NCBI GenBank assembly: GCA_028286465.1
Contig: JAQBRN010000017.1
Span: forward strand, 1-46,968
Direction: 5' to 3'
DNA: 46,968 nucleotides
Source of the DNA: Parcubacteria group bacterium
GTDB lineage: Bacteria; Patescibacteriota; Minisyncoccia; Phycocordibacterales; Zambryskibacteraceae
The position numbers and the translations under genes were made by a program. The notes under the pieces were generated by a model. It worked only from the letters and a program-made list of their open reading frames with translations. It had not been told where the DNA came from and did not search any database. Shown here piece by piece: positions 1 through 8,232 of the stretch (within the stretch, counting starts at the first letter, position 1; the number at the start of each line of letters is the position of its first letter).

Positions 1-1247
1 ACTTTTTTTATTTCTCCTTCGTCGTTCTTCTGTATCAAACCTCTCGCATCCGCGATCGTGCGAGGATCGCCTCCTTCCGTTTCAATAATCTTTAAAAGAT
101 CTTTCGCTCCGCGTGACGAGAGACTTCCCTCTCCTGCCATGCGCACGAGTTCGGCAAGCGACTCGGCTCGTACCTTGCCCTTCATGTCGGTCAGAATATA
201 GTTTGACGCGAGCGCGAAAAGATTGTGGTCTTTGAGATTACTCCTGAGCTCTTTCGCCACTGCCTCGAAGTACTCCCCGACTTCCGGGTTCCTGACATAG
301 ACTTCGATATCGGCATCCTTCACGCCATAGTCCCTTGAGAACCGTTCCCTCTTCGCTTGAGGCAATTCGGGCAAAGACTCCTTGAGTGCATCATTCGAAA
401 ATTCCGGGATCTCCGATATGAAAAGCTTCGGCAGATCGGGATCAGGAAAATAGCGATAGTCATGGGAGTCTTCCTTGGCGCGCTGCGAGAACGTCACTTC
501 CTTGTTCTCATCCCAGCCGCGCGTTTCCTGGGCTACGCTCTCCCCCTTCTCGAGGAGTTCGATGTGGCGCTTCGTCTCGTATGCAATGGCCTTCTCGACG
601 GCCTTGAAAGAATTCAAATTCTTGACTTCGACCTTCTGGCCGAGCGCGTCCGTGTTCGATACGGAGATGTTCGCCTCGACGCGCATCTCGCCCTTTTCCA
701 TGTTGGCGTGACTTATGTCCAAGTACTGCATGACAAGCTGTAATTCCTTAGCAAAGCGGCTCGCATCTTCTGCTGTATGTATAACTGGTTCGGTAACAAG
801 CTCCATAAGCGGTGCTCCGGCGCGGTTGAAATTAACAAGGCTCTCCCCTTCCCCGTTCTCATGAGATGGGTGAGACGAGCTCGCCGTATCTTCCTCAAGA
901 TGTACTCGGGTCAGTGTGACGCCTGCGAGCTCCCCGCCTGTGACGAGCGGATGCTTGTATTGGCTTATTTGGTATCCCTTCGGGATATCCGGGTAAAAAT
1001 AGTTCTTCCTGTCGAACTCGGTGTAGTCGGCGATAGTGCCTCGGACGGCCGTACCGAGACGAAGAACGGAGCGGACGGCTTCCGAATTCACAACGGGCAG
1101 GGTGCCCGGGTAGCCCATGCAGACCGGGCAGATATTGACGTTCGGACGCTCTTCATCCGGATCGTTCTTCGAATTGCAAAACATCTTCGTCTTCGTCGAA
1201 AGCTCGGCGTGCACCTCGAGTCCGACTGTCAGCTTGTATTCGCTCAT
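1..1247 (-). CDS. gatB: Asp/Glu-tRNA(Asn/Gln) amidotransferase subunit B (3' end runs off window)
   Basis: Not in the ORF track because there is no stop in the window. Manual translation from ATG at 1247 gives MSEYKLTVGLEVHAELSTKTKMFC...FDRKNYFYPDIPKGYQISQY...RVHLEEDTA...NRAGAPLMELVTEP...VEVKNLNSF...DYRYFPDPDLP, all GatB hallmarks. Confidence 0.97.
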   Translation of the reverse strand, partial: MSEYKLTVGLEVHAELSTKTKMFCNSKNDPDEERPNVNICPVCMGYPGTLPVVNSEAVRSVLRLGTAVRGTIADYTEFDRKNYFYPDIPKGYQISQYKHPLVTGGELAGVTLTRVHLEEDTASSSHPSHENGEGESLVNFNRAGAPLMELVTEPVIHTAEDASRFAKELQLVMQYLDISHANMEKGEMRVEANISVSNTDALGQKVEVKNLNSFKAVEKAIAYETKRHIELLEKGESVAQETRGWDENKEVTFSQRAKEDSHDYRYFPDPDLPKLFISEIPEFSNDALKESLPELPQAKRERFSRDYGVKDADIEVYVRNPEVGEYFEAVAKELRSNLKDHNLFALASNYILTDMKGKVRAESLAELVRMAGEGSLSSRGAKDLLKIIETEGGDPRTIADARGLIQKNDEGEIKK

Positions 1248-1251
1248 AGTG

Positions 1252-2226
1252 TTATTCTACTTTTTTCTGCAGTTTCTCCGTCAGATAATCCTTGAATTCC
1301 TTGAGAAGGTCATCATCGATAATAGAGACGGCCTTGACCTCCTTCGCCACCTTCGAAAGCTTCTTCATCTTCTCGCTTCGTTCTTCGAGAGTGATGGTAT
1401 CGATCTTGGTCAATACGACCACTTCGGGCTTCTTCGTAATGTCGGCATTATAGAGTTCGAGTTCCTTCCTTACGATATTGTATGTGGCCACGGGATCCTC
1501 TTCTTCGGCGGAAACGCAATGAATGAGTGTCTTCGTGCGCTCGATATGGCGCAGGAACTTATGCCCGAGGCCTTTGCCCTCGGACGCGCCTTCGATAAGA
1601 CCCGGGATGTCTGCCAGGATCAGTCCATAGAGGTCTCCAAGCGACGGCTCGAGCGTGGTGAAGGGAAAGCCCCCGACCTTCGACTTAGCCCGTGTAAGCG
1701 CGTTTAAAAGCGAGGACTTGCCTGCATTCGGTAGACCGATGAGCCCCGCGTCGACGATGAGAAGAAGTTCTATCTCGAAATCCGCCTCCTCCCCTTCCTC
1801 ACCTTCGGTGAATTCCTCGGGAGTAATGTTGATGGAGGACTTGAAAAACTCGTTCCCGAGTCCGCCTCGGCCGCCCTTCAAGAGAAGGATCTTTTCTCCT
1901 TCGTTCAATAATTCAAATGTGTGGCCAGTGGTCAGATTCTTCAAACGGGAGCCGACAGGAAGCTTGACCTCGATGTCCTCGCCCGATTCGCCGTGCTTCG
2001 AGTCCTTGAAACCGTTGCCGCCCATGCCTGCCTCGAATTCCCTGTCCATCTTGTAGCTTGCAAGTACTCCGACATCGCGGACCGCGAGCGCGTAAATGTC
2101 CCCGCCCTTCCCGGCATTGCCGCCCGAGGGGCCGCCGTGGTCCTTGCCCTTTTCGTGCCTCCAGCGCACGACGCCGTCGCCGCCCTTGCCCGCTTTCAAA
2201 TGGAGTGTGATTTCGTCTACGAACAT
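1252..2226 (-). CDS. obgE: GTPase ObgE/CgtA (short form, no C-terminal OCT domain)
   Basis: MFVDE start, Gly-rich Obg fold (AGKGGDG, GGRGGLGN), G1 GLPNAGKS, G2 FPFTTL, G3 DIPGLIEGASEGKGLGHKFLRHIER. Confidence 0.97.
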   Translation of the reverse strand: MFVDEITLHLKAGKGGDGVVRWRHEKGKDHGGPSGGNAGKGGDIYALAVRDVGVLASYKMDREFEAGMGGNGFKDSKHGESGEDIEVKLPVGSRLKNLTTGHTFELLNEGEKILLLKGGRGGLGNEFFKSSINITPEEFTEGEEGEEADFEIELLLIVDAGLIGLPNAGKSSLLNALTRAKSKVGGFPFTTLEPSLGDLYGLILADIPGLIEGASEGKGLGHKFLRHIERTKTLIHCVSAEEEDPVATYNIVRKELELYNADITKKPEVVVLTKIDTITLEERSEKMKKLSKVAKEVKAVSIIDDDLLKEFKDYLTEKLQKKVE

Positions 2227-2238
2227 ATAATCCTTACC

Positions 2239-3111
2239 TTACGAGTTAAGTGCGATCTGTGCAAGTGCGAGCGCCGCTTCCTTGGAATCCGCTCCGGCAA
2301 GATACAAGCCCTTATGAGCAAAGACCGCTCCCTTGACTCCGCTCGCCGCTTCCAGCTCCTCACCGCTCTTGCCTCCCCAGCTCTCGGGAAAAGGCTTCTT
2401 GACGTCGAAGCTATGGCGCGCCGGCGGAATTCCTCTGACATACCACTTGCCTTCGGCAACTTCGAAAATGACATACAAGGGCTCGGGCTTCTCGAGGAGC
2501 GTGTCCATCCATGGCATCGAATGCTCTAAGACGATGACGCGCTTGTCCGGCGCTTCATTGTAGGCCCTTTCGACTTCCGCGCGCGCTTTCAGGCGAAGCG
2601 AGGCGGACCTGATTTCATTCTGGATAATATCTTTGGCGAAGAGCACGAGTTTCGAGAAGCTTTCGTCGATCTGTCCGTCTCCCTTCGTATAATCAACGAA
2701 GGAACCGAACAGATCATCAAGCCGGTACTCGTCGATCTCACCGAAGAGCGGAGTCGAAAGCGCCACGCCGTTATCTATGGCGTCGACGGGCGTGACGAGC
2801 TTATCTTCAACGATCCGCGCTGCTTCAACATCTCCCGCCAACCGCTCTCCGTACTCCTTCCAGACGAGGCCGAAGGAAGCGTAAGGAACGCCGCTTTCAT
2901 GCGAGCCGGCACCGCCCGGCTGATGATGGTCGAATCTGCGCTTCTCCGGATCATAGACGAGTCCAGTATCGACGACAATGTCGGCCCCGTCGATCTTCGT
3001 TTGTTCTCGGCTGCGCACGATGGTCGCATCAGGATATAGGGAAACAAGGGTGGCGACGGCGAAAATATCGTCGGCATGGAACTTGGAATCATGGGTAACG
3101 ATCGTGGTCAT
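2239..3111 (-). CDS. MYG1 (UPF0160) family DHH-like nuclease, paralog 2
   Basis: THDSKFHADD, DTGLVYDP..RFDHHQ, YASFGLVWK, DAIDNG, KKPFPESWGG, FAHKGLY. Confidence 0.9.
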   Translation of the reverse strand: MTTIVTHDSKFHADDIFAVATLVSLYPDATIVRSREQTKIDGADIVVDTGLVYDPEKRRFDHHQPGGAGSHESGVPYASFGLVWKEYGERLAGDVEAARIVEDKLVTPVDAIDNGVALSTPLFGEIDEYRLDDLFGSFVDYTKGDGQIDESFSKLVLFAKDIIQNEIRSASLRLKARAEVERAYNEAPDKRVIVLEHSMPWMDTLLEKPEPLYVIFEVAEGKWYVRGIPPARHSFDVKKPFPESWGGKSGEELEAASGVKGAVFAHKGLYLAGADSKEAALALAQIALNS

Positions 3112-3120
3112 ACCCTTATT

Positions 3121-4002
3121 CTATGCGGAGAGAGCAATTTCTGCGAGGCGGAGCGCTCCTTCTCTCGTCTGCGCCACGGCAAGGAATCTTTTATTATGGC
3201 AAAAGAGCGCATCCTCGACTCCCGTAAGGCTCGAGAGATCTTGGTTCTCCTTCCCCGCCCAGGTTTCGGGCAAGGGCTTCTTCAATTCGAAACCGTTGAA
3301 GTGACGACGCACCGCTTCTATTCCCCAGCGGTCGCCGTAGCGGGGGTACACCACATAGAGCGCCTCCGGCACGGGAATAAGCACCCGATGCCATGACATT
3401 TCCCTGTCTAAAACGATAAGACGCCGGTCGGATGACATTTCGAGGATCTTTCGAAGCTCATTGGCATCATTGATCTCGTGCTGGGCCCGCTTGATCTCCC
3501 GCAAAAGAAGCGACTGGGCGAGATCGACCGCTCTCATGAAAATGGCGAAGAGATACGAATCATCGGAGATCGGCTCCTCGATGAACGAGTAGAAGAAATC
3601 CGAAACAGAGTACGTTCTCACGCCCTCAAAGATCGGATTCGACACAGCGACGACATTATCCAAGGCATCGATAGGCATGACGAGCTTCTGGTCGATGATC
3701 TGAGCGACTTCCCTGTTGCCGGCAAGCTTCTCTCCGAATTCCTTCCATACTAAACCGAAGGAAGCGTAGGGTATAGTATTCGCACGAAGTCCTGCACCGC
3801 CTATTTGGTGGTGATCGAAGCGGCAGCGGGAAGGGTCGTACTCGGTACCGACGTCGACGGCAATAGTTGCCTCCCGGATCTTCTCCTCGTCCCTAGTGCG
3901 GATAATCGTCGCTCCGGGATACACGAGAAGTACCGTCGCAACGGCGAAAACATCGTCGGCATGGAAACTGCCGTTGTGGGTTGCAATAGTGATATTACTC
4001 AT
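3121..4002 (-). CDS. MYG1 (UPF0160) family DHH-like nuclease, paralog 1
   Basis: THNGSFHADD, DVGTEYDP..RFDHHQ, YASFGLVWK, DALDN, KKPLPETWAG, FCHNKRF. Confidence 0.9.
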   Translation of the reverse strand: MSNITIATHNGSFHADDVFAVATVLLVYPGATIIRTRDEEKIREATIAVDVGTEYDPSRCRFDHHQIGGAGLRANTIPYASFGLVWKEFGEKLAGNREVAQIIDQKLVMPIDALDNVVAVSNPIFEGVRTYSVSDFFYSFIEEPISDDSYLFAIFMRAVDLAQSLLLREIKRAQHEINDANELRKILEMSSDRRLIVLDREMSWHRVLIPVPEALYVVYPRYGDRWGIEAVRRHFNGFELKKPLPETWAGKENQDLSSLTGVEDALFCHNKRFLAVAQTREGALRLAEIALSA

Positions 4003-4513
4003 TCGTGCGGCTGATGAGCGCCAGGAGGAGGAAATAGACCCCTACCGTAAGCGCCATGCTGGGTATAGTGACGTAATTGAAGGCCATTACATACACCTTG
4101 GTGCACGAGGCGGTGGCAGAACATGGTAAAAGCGAGCTGCCCGAGACCTGCACATACGAGTGATACAAGGAAACGATCGTTCCGAGCACCGCCAAACGCC
4201 ATGAGTACTTGAATACTCCCCGGTCCTTGAACTTGAGAGCGGTCAAGAAAAGAACGAGCTGCGGGTAAATGAAGATCCGCTGCCACCAGCATAGATCGCA
4301 CGGAACGAAGCCGACGACGTTCGAATAAAAGAGGCTTCCTCCGACCGCAAGGAGCGAGACGAGGAGACCGAGTCCGAGGACATGCTTCCGTACCCATCCG
4401 ATAGCCTCCCTTCCCCATGATCTCCGGAAAACGAAAGCCGCTATCAGGAAAGCGAGAATACAATGTGACACGAGCACGAGCCAGGGCAAAAGTGATTGTA
4501 TCGTAGCGATCAT
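3995..4513 (-). CDS. dsbB: Disulfide bond formation protein DsbB/BdbC family
   Basis: Multi-TM protein with PCDLCWWQR (CxxC) and a second Cys pair (PCSATASC), followed by YVTIPSM. Confidence 0.88.
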   Translation of the reverse strand: MIATIQSLLPWLVLVSHCILAFLIAAFVFRRSWGREAIGWVRKHVLGLGLLVSLLAVGGSLFYSNVVGFVPCDLCWWQRIFIYPQLVLFLTALKFKDRGVFKYSWRLAVLGTIVSLYHSYVQVSGSSLLPCSATASCTKVYVMAFNYVTIPSMALTVGVYFLLLALISRTNE

Positions 4514-4516
4514 ATA

Positions 4517-4897
4517 TTAGTATCCTTGCGGAAGCGTACAACTCGTTTTCTCGGCAAGCGTTTGCAAAGTCTGCTCCCCGCTTATGCGGCTGCCGTCCTT
4601 GAATTCCCAGGTCGGGTAACTTTCGATCTTCGCTGCATTGCATGTGGCATTCTGAGAATTGCCGTCGGGAGTCGAACACTCTATATATGGAAGAAGAGAG
4701 GCGGACGTGCCGAACATCTTCTTCGTTGCCTGGCAATGCGGGCACCAGAAGGCTCCGTAGAACTTGGTACCGGAGTCTTTGATACAGGTGGCGAACTGGT
4801 CAAGCGGGCCCGGGCCGCTCGGAGCCTTGGCAAGATAGACAACTCCCCCGACGGCGATAATGAGTACGATGATGTAAATCCAGATTGTTTTCTTCAT
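4517..4897 (-). CDS. Membrane-anchored thioredoxin-fold oxidoreductase (DsbA/VKOR-Trx-like)
   Basis: N-terminal TM anchor, FYGAFWCPHC active site, YIECS, cis-Pro YPTW. Directly upstream of dsbB. Confidence 0.85.
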   Translation of the reverse strand: MKKTIWIYIIVLIIAVGGVVYLAKAPSGPGPLDQFATCIKDSGTKFYGAFWCPHCQATKKMFGTSASLLPYIECSTPDGNSQNATCNAAKIESYPTWEFKDGSRISGEQTLQTLAEKTSCTLPQGY

Positions 4898-4930
4898 ATG
4901 TGATTTAGCGCTGATTCTATTATAGACGTA

Positions 4931-5497
4931 TTATTGTGAATTTACATGCAGGGCGTGCACGAAGACAGCCTCCCCTCCGAGGCGAAGAATGATAAGGGTA
5001 ATAACCACCCGCACCATGATGCCGAGAATGGTAAGGAGCGTGTAGACGACCGGCTTCATCCTCAAGGTTCCCGCGACGACCGTCACGGGCAGAGTCGGCA
5101 TAAGAGGCGTTGCCCGGAAGAAAAAGAACAGTAACTCGTCCTTCCATGTCCCTCCGTCGAACCTCCTTTCGAACTTCTCGACATCGGCCCACGAGAACTT
5201 CCACTTGGTCTGTATCTTCTCGATGGCCGGCTTCCCACCCGCATAAGCAATGCCATACAGCGGTAACGATCCGATGGCAGTACCAAGAGCGATCGGCAGC
5301 CCGACAAAGATCGTGAGACGCGAGATGGCAGCAAGGGTCAAAGGATCCTTCAAGAACAAGAGTTCTGCCGCAAGAATGAGAGACGACGGCACGAAAGCCA
5401 CGAGTTCATCGACGATCGAAACAAGGAAGAGGCCGATTGCTCCGAATATCCCCGGTTCAAGAACGAGCCTCGAGAGAAACTCGTGGAGGCTATGCAT
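4931..5497 (-). CDS. DedA/VTT (SNARE-associated) family membrane protein
   Basis: DELVAFVPS, GTAIGS..LYGIAY.GG, FFFRATPLMP..VAG motifs. Start overlaps the secA stop. Confidence 0.8.
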   Translation of the reverse strand: MHSLHEFLSRLVLEPGIFGAIGLFLVSIVDELVAFVPSSLILAAELLFLKDPLTLAAISRLTIFVGLPIALGTAIGSLPLYGIAYAGGKPAIEKIQTKWKFSWADVEKFERRFDGGTWKDELLFFFFRATPLMPTLPVTVVAGTLRMKPVVYTLLTILGIMVRVVITLIILRLGGEAVFVHALHVNSQ

Positions 5498-7805
5498 CCG
5501 AACCCTCTTTGCTCATAATGAAATTCGCGACATCCGTCTTGACCGAGTCTTCCATCTGCTTGAAAAGGCGCAGACCCTCCCTCTTGTATTCGACCAGAGG
5601 GTCGCGCTGGCCATACGCGCGGAGATTGACCGAGCTTCTGAGGTAATCCATAGCCTCGAGGTGATCCATCCAGTACATGTCGAGCGTACCGAGAATGATG
5701 CGGCGGAACACTTCGAGGAATTCGGGATGGTCGAGACTGTCGCGCTTCTTCTCGAATTCTTCCTTCTTTTCTTCGGGAAGAATGGCGGAAATTTCGTTGA
5801 AGTACAGGCCGAGTTCCTCTTTGTCTCCGACAAGGATCTTCTTTCTTCTTCCGTAGACGATGTTCCTTTGGTAGTTGAGCACGTCGTCGAACTCGAGAAC
5901 GCTCTTCCTGGCATCGAAGTTGAAGCCCTCGATCCTTTCTTGCGCTTTCTCCAGGGCGCTCGTAATGAGCTTGTTTTCTATCGGTTCGTCTTCGGGAATA
6001 TTGAAGCGGCCCATCATCTTCTTGATCGAGTCCGTGGCGAAAATGCGCATAAGATGGTCTTCCAGGGACACGAAGAACTGCGTCTCGCCCGGATCTCCCT
6101 GACGGCCGGAGCGGCCTCTAAGCTGGTTGTCGATACGGCGGGCATCATGGCGCTCGGTTCCCAGAACGAAGAGTCCCCCGAGCGATTTTACCGCCTCATA
6201 TTCTTCGGGCGTTCCCGGATTGCCTCCGAGCTTGATGTCGACGCCGCGGCCGGCCATGTTCGTGGCGATGGTCACGGCGCCTTTCTTGCCCGCCTGTGCG
6301 ATGATCTCACCTTCTCGCTCATACACGGAAGCATTCTTAGCATTCAAGACCTGGTGCGGAATGCCTTCGGACGTGAGATATGCCGAAAGGAGCTCGTTCG
6401 ACTCGATCGAGATGGTGCCGATGAGAACCGGCTGGCCCTTTTCGTGAAGAGCCTTCACTTTCTTCGCCACGGCCTTCATCTTGCCGGCCTGAGACTGGAA
6501 AATGAGATCGTTCTTGTCCAAGCGCAAGGCAGGGCGGTGCGTCGGGATGGCATAGGTGTCGAGTCCGTAGACCTTGTAGAATTCTTCCTTCGAGGTAAGA
6601 GCCGTTCCCGTCATGCCGCTGAGCTTCTTGTACTGGCGGAAGTAATTCTGGAAGGTCACCGAGGCGAAGGTGCGCGATTCTTCCTTGATCCGTACGCCTT
6701 CCTTGGCTTCGATGGCCTGGTGCAGGCCTTCGCTCCATCTGCGCCCCGGCTGGATGCGCCCGGTGAAGGCGTCGATGATGAGCACTTCGCCGTTCTTCAC
6801 GACGTATTCTTTGTCCTTGGTATAGAGAGCCTTGGCCTTCACCGCGGTTTCCAGGTGATGCACGTACTTCACGCCGCCTTCGGCATAGAGATTCTCCATA
6901 CCGAGATGCTTCTCGGCCTTTTCTATACCGGCGTCGAGGAGACTGATGGCGTTTCTCTTCTCATCGACTTCGAAGTCGACATCCTTCTCGAGTCCACGGA
7001 CGATCTTCGCGAACTTCACATAGAGTTCCCCGGCGTCGCCGGTATTGCCAGAGATAATGAGCGGCGTTCTGGCTTCGTCGATAAGGATCGAGTCTATTTC
7101 GTCGACCACCGCATAGTGGAAACCGCGCTGTACGAGCTGCGCCGGATCGCTTGCCAGGTTGTCACGCAGATAGTCGAAGCCGTATTCGTTGTTCGTACCG
7201 TAGGTAATGTCCGCCGCATAGGCCTCGCGCTTCGATGCGGGGCGCAAGAATTCGTGAACGACGTGGAACGATGCCACCATGTCGCGCTCGGCATCCTTGT
7301 TGACGTGATTCGGATCATAGATAAAAGATTCCGCATGATTCAAAATGCCGGTCGTGAGTCCGAGGTACGAATAGATCTGCCCCATCCAGACGGCGTCTCT
7401 TCGCGAGAGGTAATCGTTGACCGTCACGACATGCACGCCCTTTCCCGTAAGCGCATTGAGATACACGGGCAGTGTTGCAACCAGGGTCTTGCCTTCTCCG
7501 GTGCGCATTTCGCTGATACCGCCGTTATGAAGAGCGATGCCGCCAAGAAGCTGCACATCGAAGTGGCGCTGCCCGAGCGTACGCCTGGCAGACTCCCGTA
7601 CGAGCGCGAAGGCTTCGGAAAGGATATCGTCCAAAGACTCGCCCTTTTCAAGGCGAGCTTTCAGTTCGGCTGTTTTCTTCGGGAAGTCGTCTGCCGAGAG
7701 CCTTTCGACCTCGGGTTCGAGGGTGTTGACCTTCGTGACGAGGGCTCGCCACGATGAGGGCACTTTTTGGGACTGTCCGCCGAAAAATGTGTCTAAAAAT
7801 GCCAT
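5490..7805 (-). CDS. secA: Preprotein translocase ATPase SecA (compact, 771 aa)
   Basis: EMRTGEGKT (Walker A), VVTVNDYL, VVDEIDSILIDEARTPLIIS, ATNMAGRGVDI, QLRGRSGRQGDPG, LRAYGQRDPLVEYKREG. No C-terminal Cys zinc finger. Confidence 0.98.
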   Translation of the reverse strand: MAFLDTFFGGQSQKVPSSWRALVTKVNTLEPEVERLSADDFPKKTAELKARLEKGESLDDILSEAFALVRESARRTLGQRHFDVQLLGGIALHNGGISEMRTGEGKTLVATLPVYLNALTGKGVHVVTVNDYLSRRDAVWMGQIYSYLGLTTGILNHAESFIYDPNHVNKDAERDMVASFHVVHEFLRPASKREAYAADITYGTNNEYGFDYLRDNLASDPAQLVQRGFHYAVVDEIDSILIDEARTPLIISGNTGDAGELYVKFAKIVRGLEKDVDFEVDEKRNAISLLDAGIEKAEKHLGMENLYAEGGVKYVHHLETAVKAKALYTKDKEYVVKNGEVLIIDAFTGRIQPGRRWSEGLHQAIEAKEGVRIKEESRTFASVTFQNYFRQYKKLSGMTGTALTSKEEFYKVYGLDTYAIPTHRPALRLDKNDLIFQSQAGKMKAVAKKVKALHEKGQPVLIGTISIESNELLSAYLTSEGIPHQVLNAKNASVYEREGEIIAQAGKKGAVTIATNMAGRGVDIKLGGNPGTPEEYEAVKSLGGLFVLGTERHDARRIDNQLRGRSGRQGDPGETQFFVSLEDHLMRIFATDSIKKMMGRFNIPEDEPIENKLITSALEKAQERIEGFNFDARKSVLEFDDVLNYQRNIVYGRRKKILVGDKEELGLYFNEISAILPEEKKEEFEKKRDSLDHPEFLEVFRRIILGTLDMYWMDHLEAMDYLRSSVNLRAYGQRDPLVEYKREGLRLFKQMEDSVKTDVANFIMSKEGSDA

Positions 7806-7881
7806 TGGGAGCTTATTTTACCACGGCACGTGGCCGTTTAAAAGACGGATGAGCTCGGGAAAGACAACGACGCATGCAAAG

Positions 7882-7910
7882 AAAAAACGCTCCTTGCGGG
7901 GAGCGTTTTT
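7882..7910 (-). terminator. Intrinsic terminator downstream of the Lys-rich micro-gene (likely bidirectional)
   Basis: AAAAACGCTCC...GGAGCGTTTTT inverted repeat. On the minus strand it has a GCAA-containing loop followed by TTTTTTCTTT. Confidence 0.85.
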
Positions 7911-7923
7911 CCGAGATTCGAGC

Positions 7924-8007
7924 TTACGCTCTCTTCTTTGAAGACTTGCGCTTCTTTGAAGCTTTCTTCGAAGTCTTCTTTGCTGCCTTTCTCTTTTTTG
8001 CTGCCAT
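7924..8007 (-). CDS. 27-aa Lys/Arg-rich micro-protein MAAKKRKAAKKTSKKASKKRKSSKKRA (below the ORF-track size limit)
   Basis: Manual translation from ATG(8007) to TAA(7924) gives 12 Lys and 3 Arg in 27 residues. Flanked by its own sigma70 promoter and terminator. Confidence 0.8.
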   Translation of the reverse strand: MAAKKRKAAKKTSKKASKKRKSSKKRA

Positions 8008-8110
8008 TGTATTGTGCGATCGATTGCTCGAACGCGATTATTTCTAACGTCGCGGAAAATTATTTTTGAAATTGCTTTCTCGAATAAAGTTCTACGTGCG
8101 ACTTGCATTC

Positions 8111-8139
8111 ATTATCGTATGCGCGACTCGCACGTACAA
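8111..8139 (-). promoter_or_regulatory. sigma70-type promoter of the Lys-rich micro-gene
   Basis: TTGTAC(8139-8134)-17 nt-GATAAT(8116-8111). Overlapped by the 9-bp inverted repeat TACGTGCGA/TCGCACGTA (8093-8101 / 8128-8136). Confidence 0.6.
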
Positions 8140-8157
8140 TAGAGTAAACGTTTTATA

Positions 8158-8166
8158 TGTGGATAA
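8158..8166 (-). promoter_or_regulatory. Perfect DnaA box (TTATCCACA)
   Basis: TGTGGATAA on the + strand in an AT-rich intergenic region. Single copy. Confidence 0.45.
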
Positions 8167-8167
8167 C

Positions 8168-8213
8168 TTTCAAAAAAGTTTTCCGGAAATTTTTCCGAAA
8201 AACTTTTTTGAAA
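8168..8213. repeat. AT-rich near-perfect palindrome (22-bp arms, 1 mismatch)
   Basis: TTTCAAAAAAGTTTTCCGGAAA-TT-TTTCCGAAAAACTTTTTTGAAA. Could be the terminator of the ligase gene or a protein-binding site. Confidence 0.75.
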
Positions 8214-8232
8214 TTATTTTTAGAAGCGTTTT

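Noticed and set aside
5250-7757. 835-aa plus-strand ORF antisense to secA
   Set aside because: A shadow ORF in register with a conserved gene. Codon bias removes antisense stops, and it has no recognisable motifs.
8141-8232. Possible oriC
   Set aside because: Only one DnaA box, no dnaA/dnaN nearby and no switch in gene orientation.
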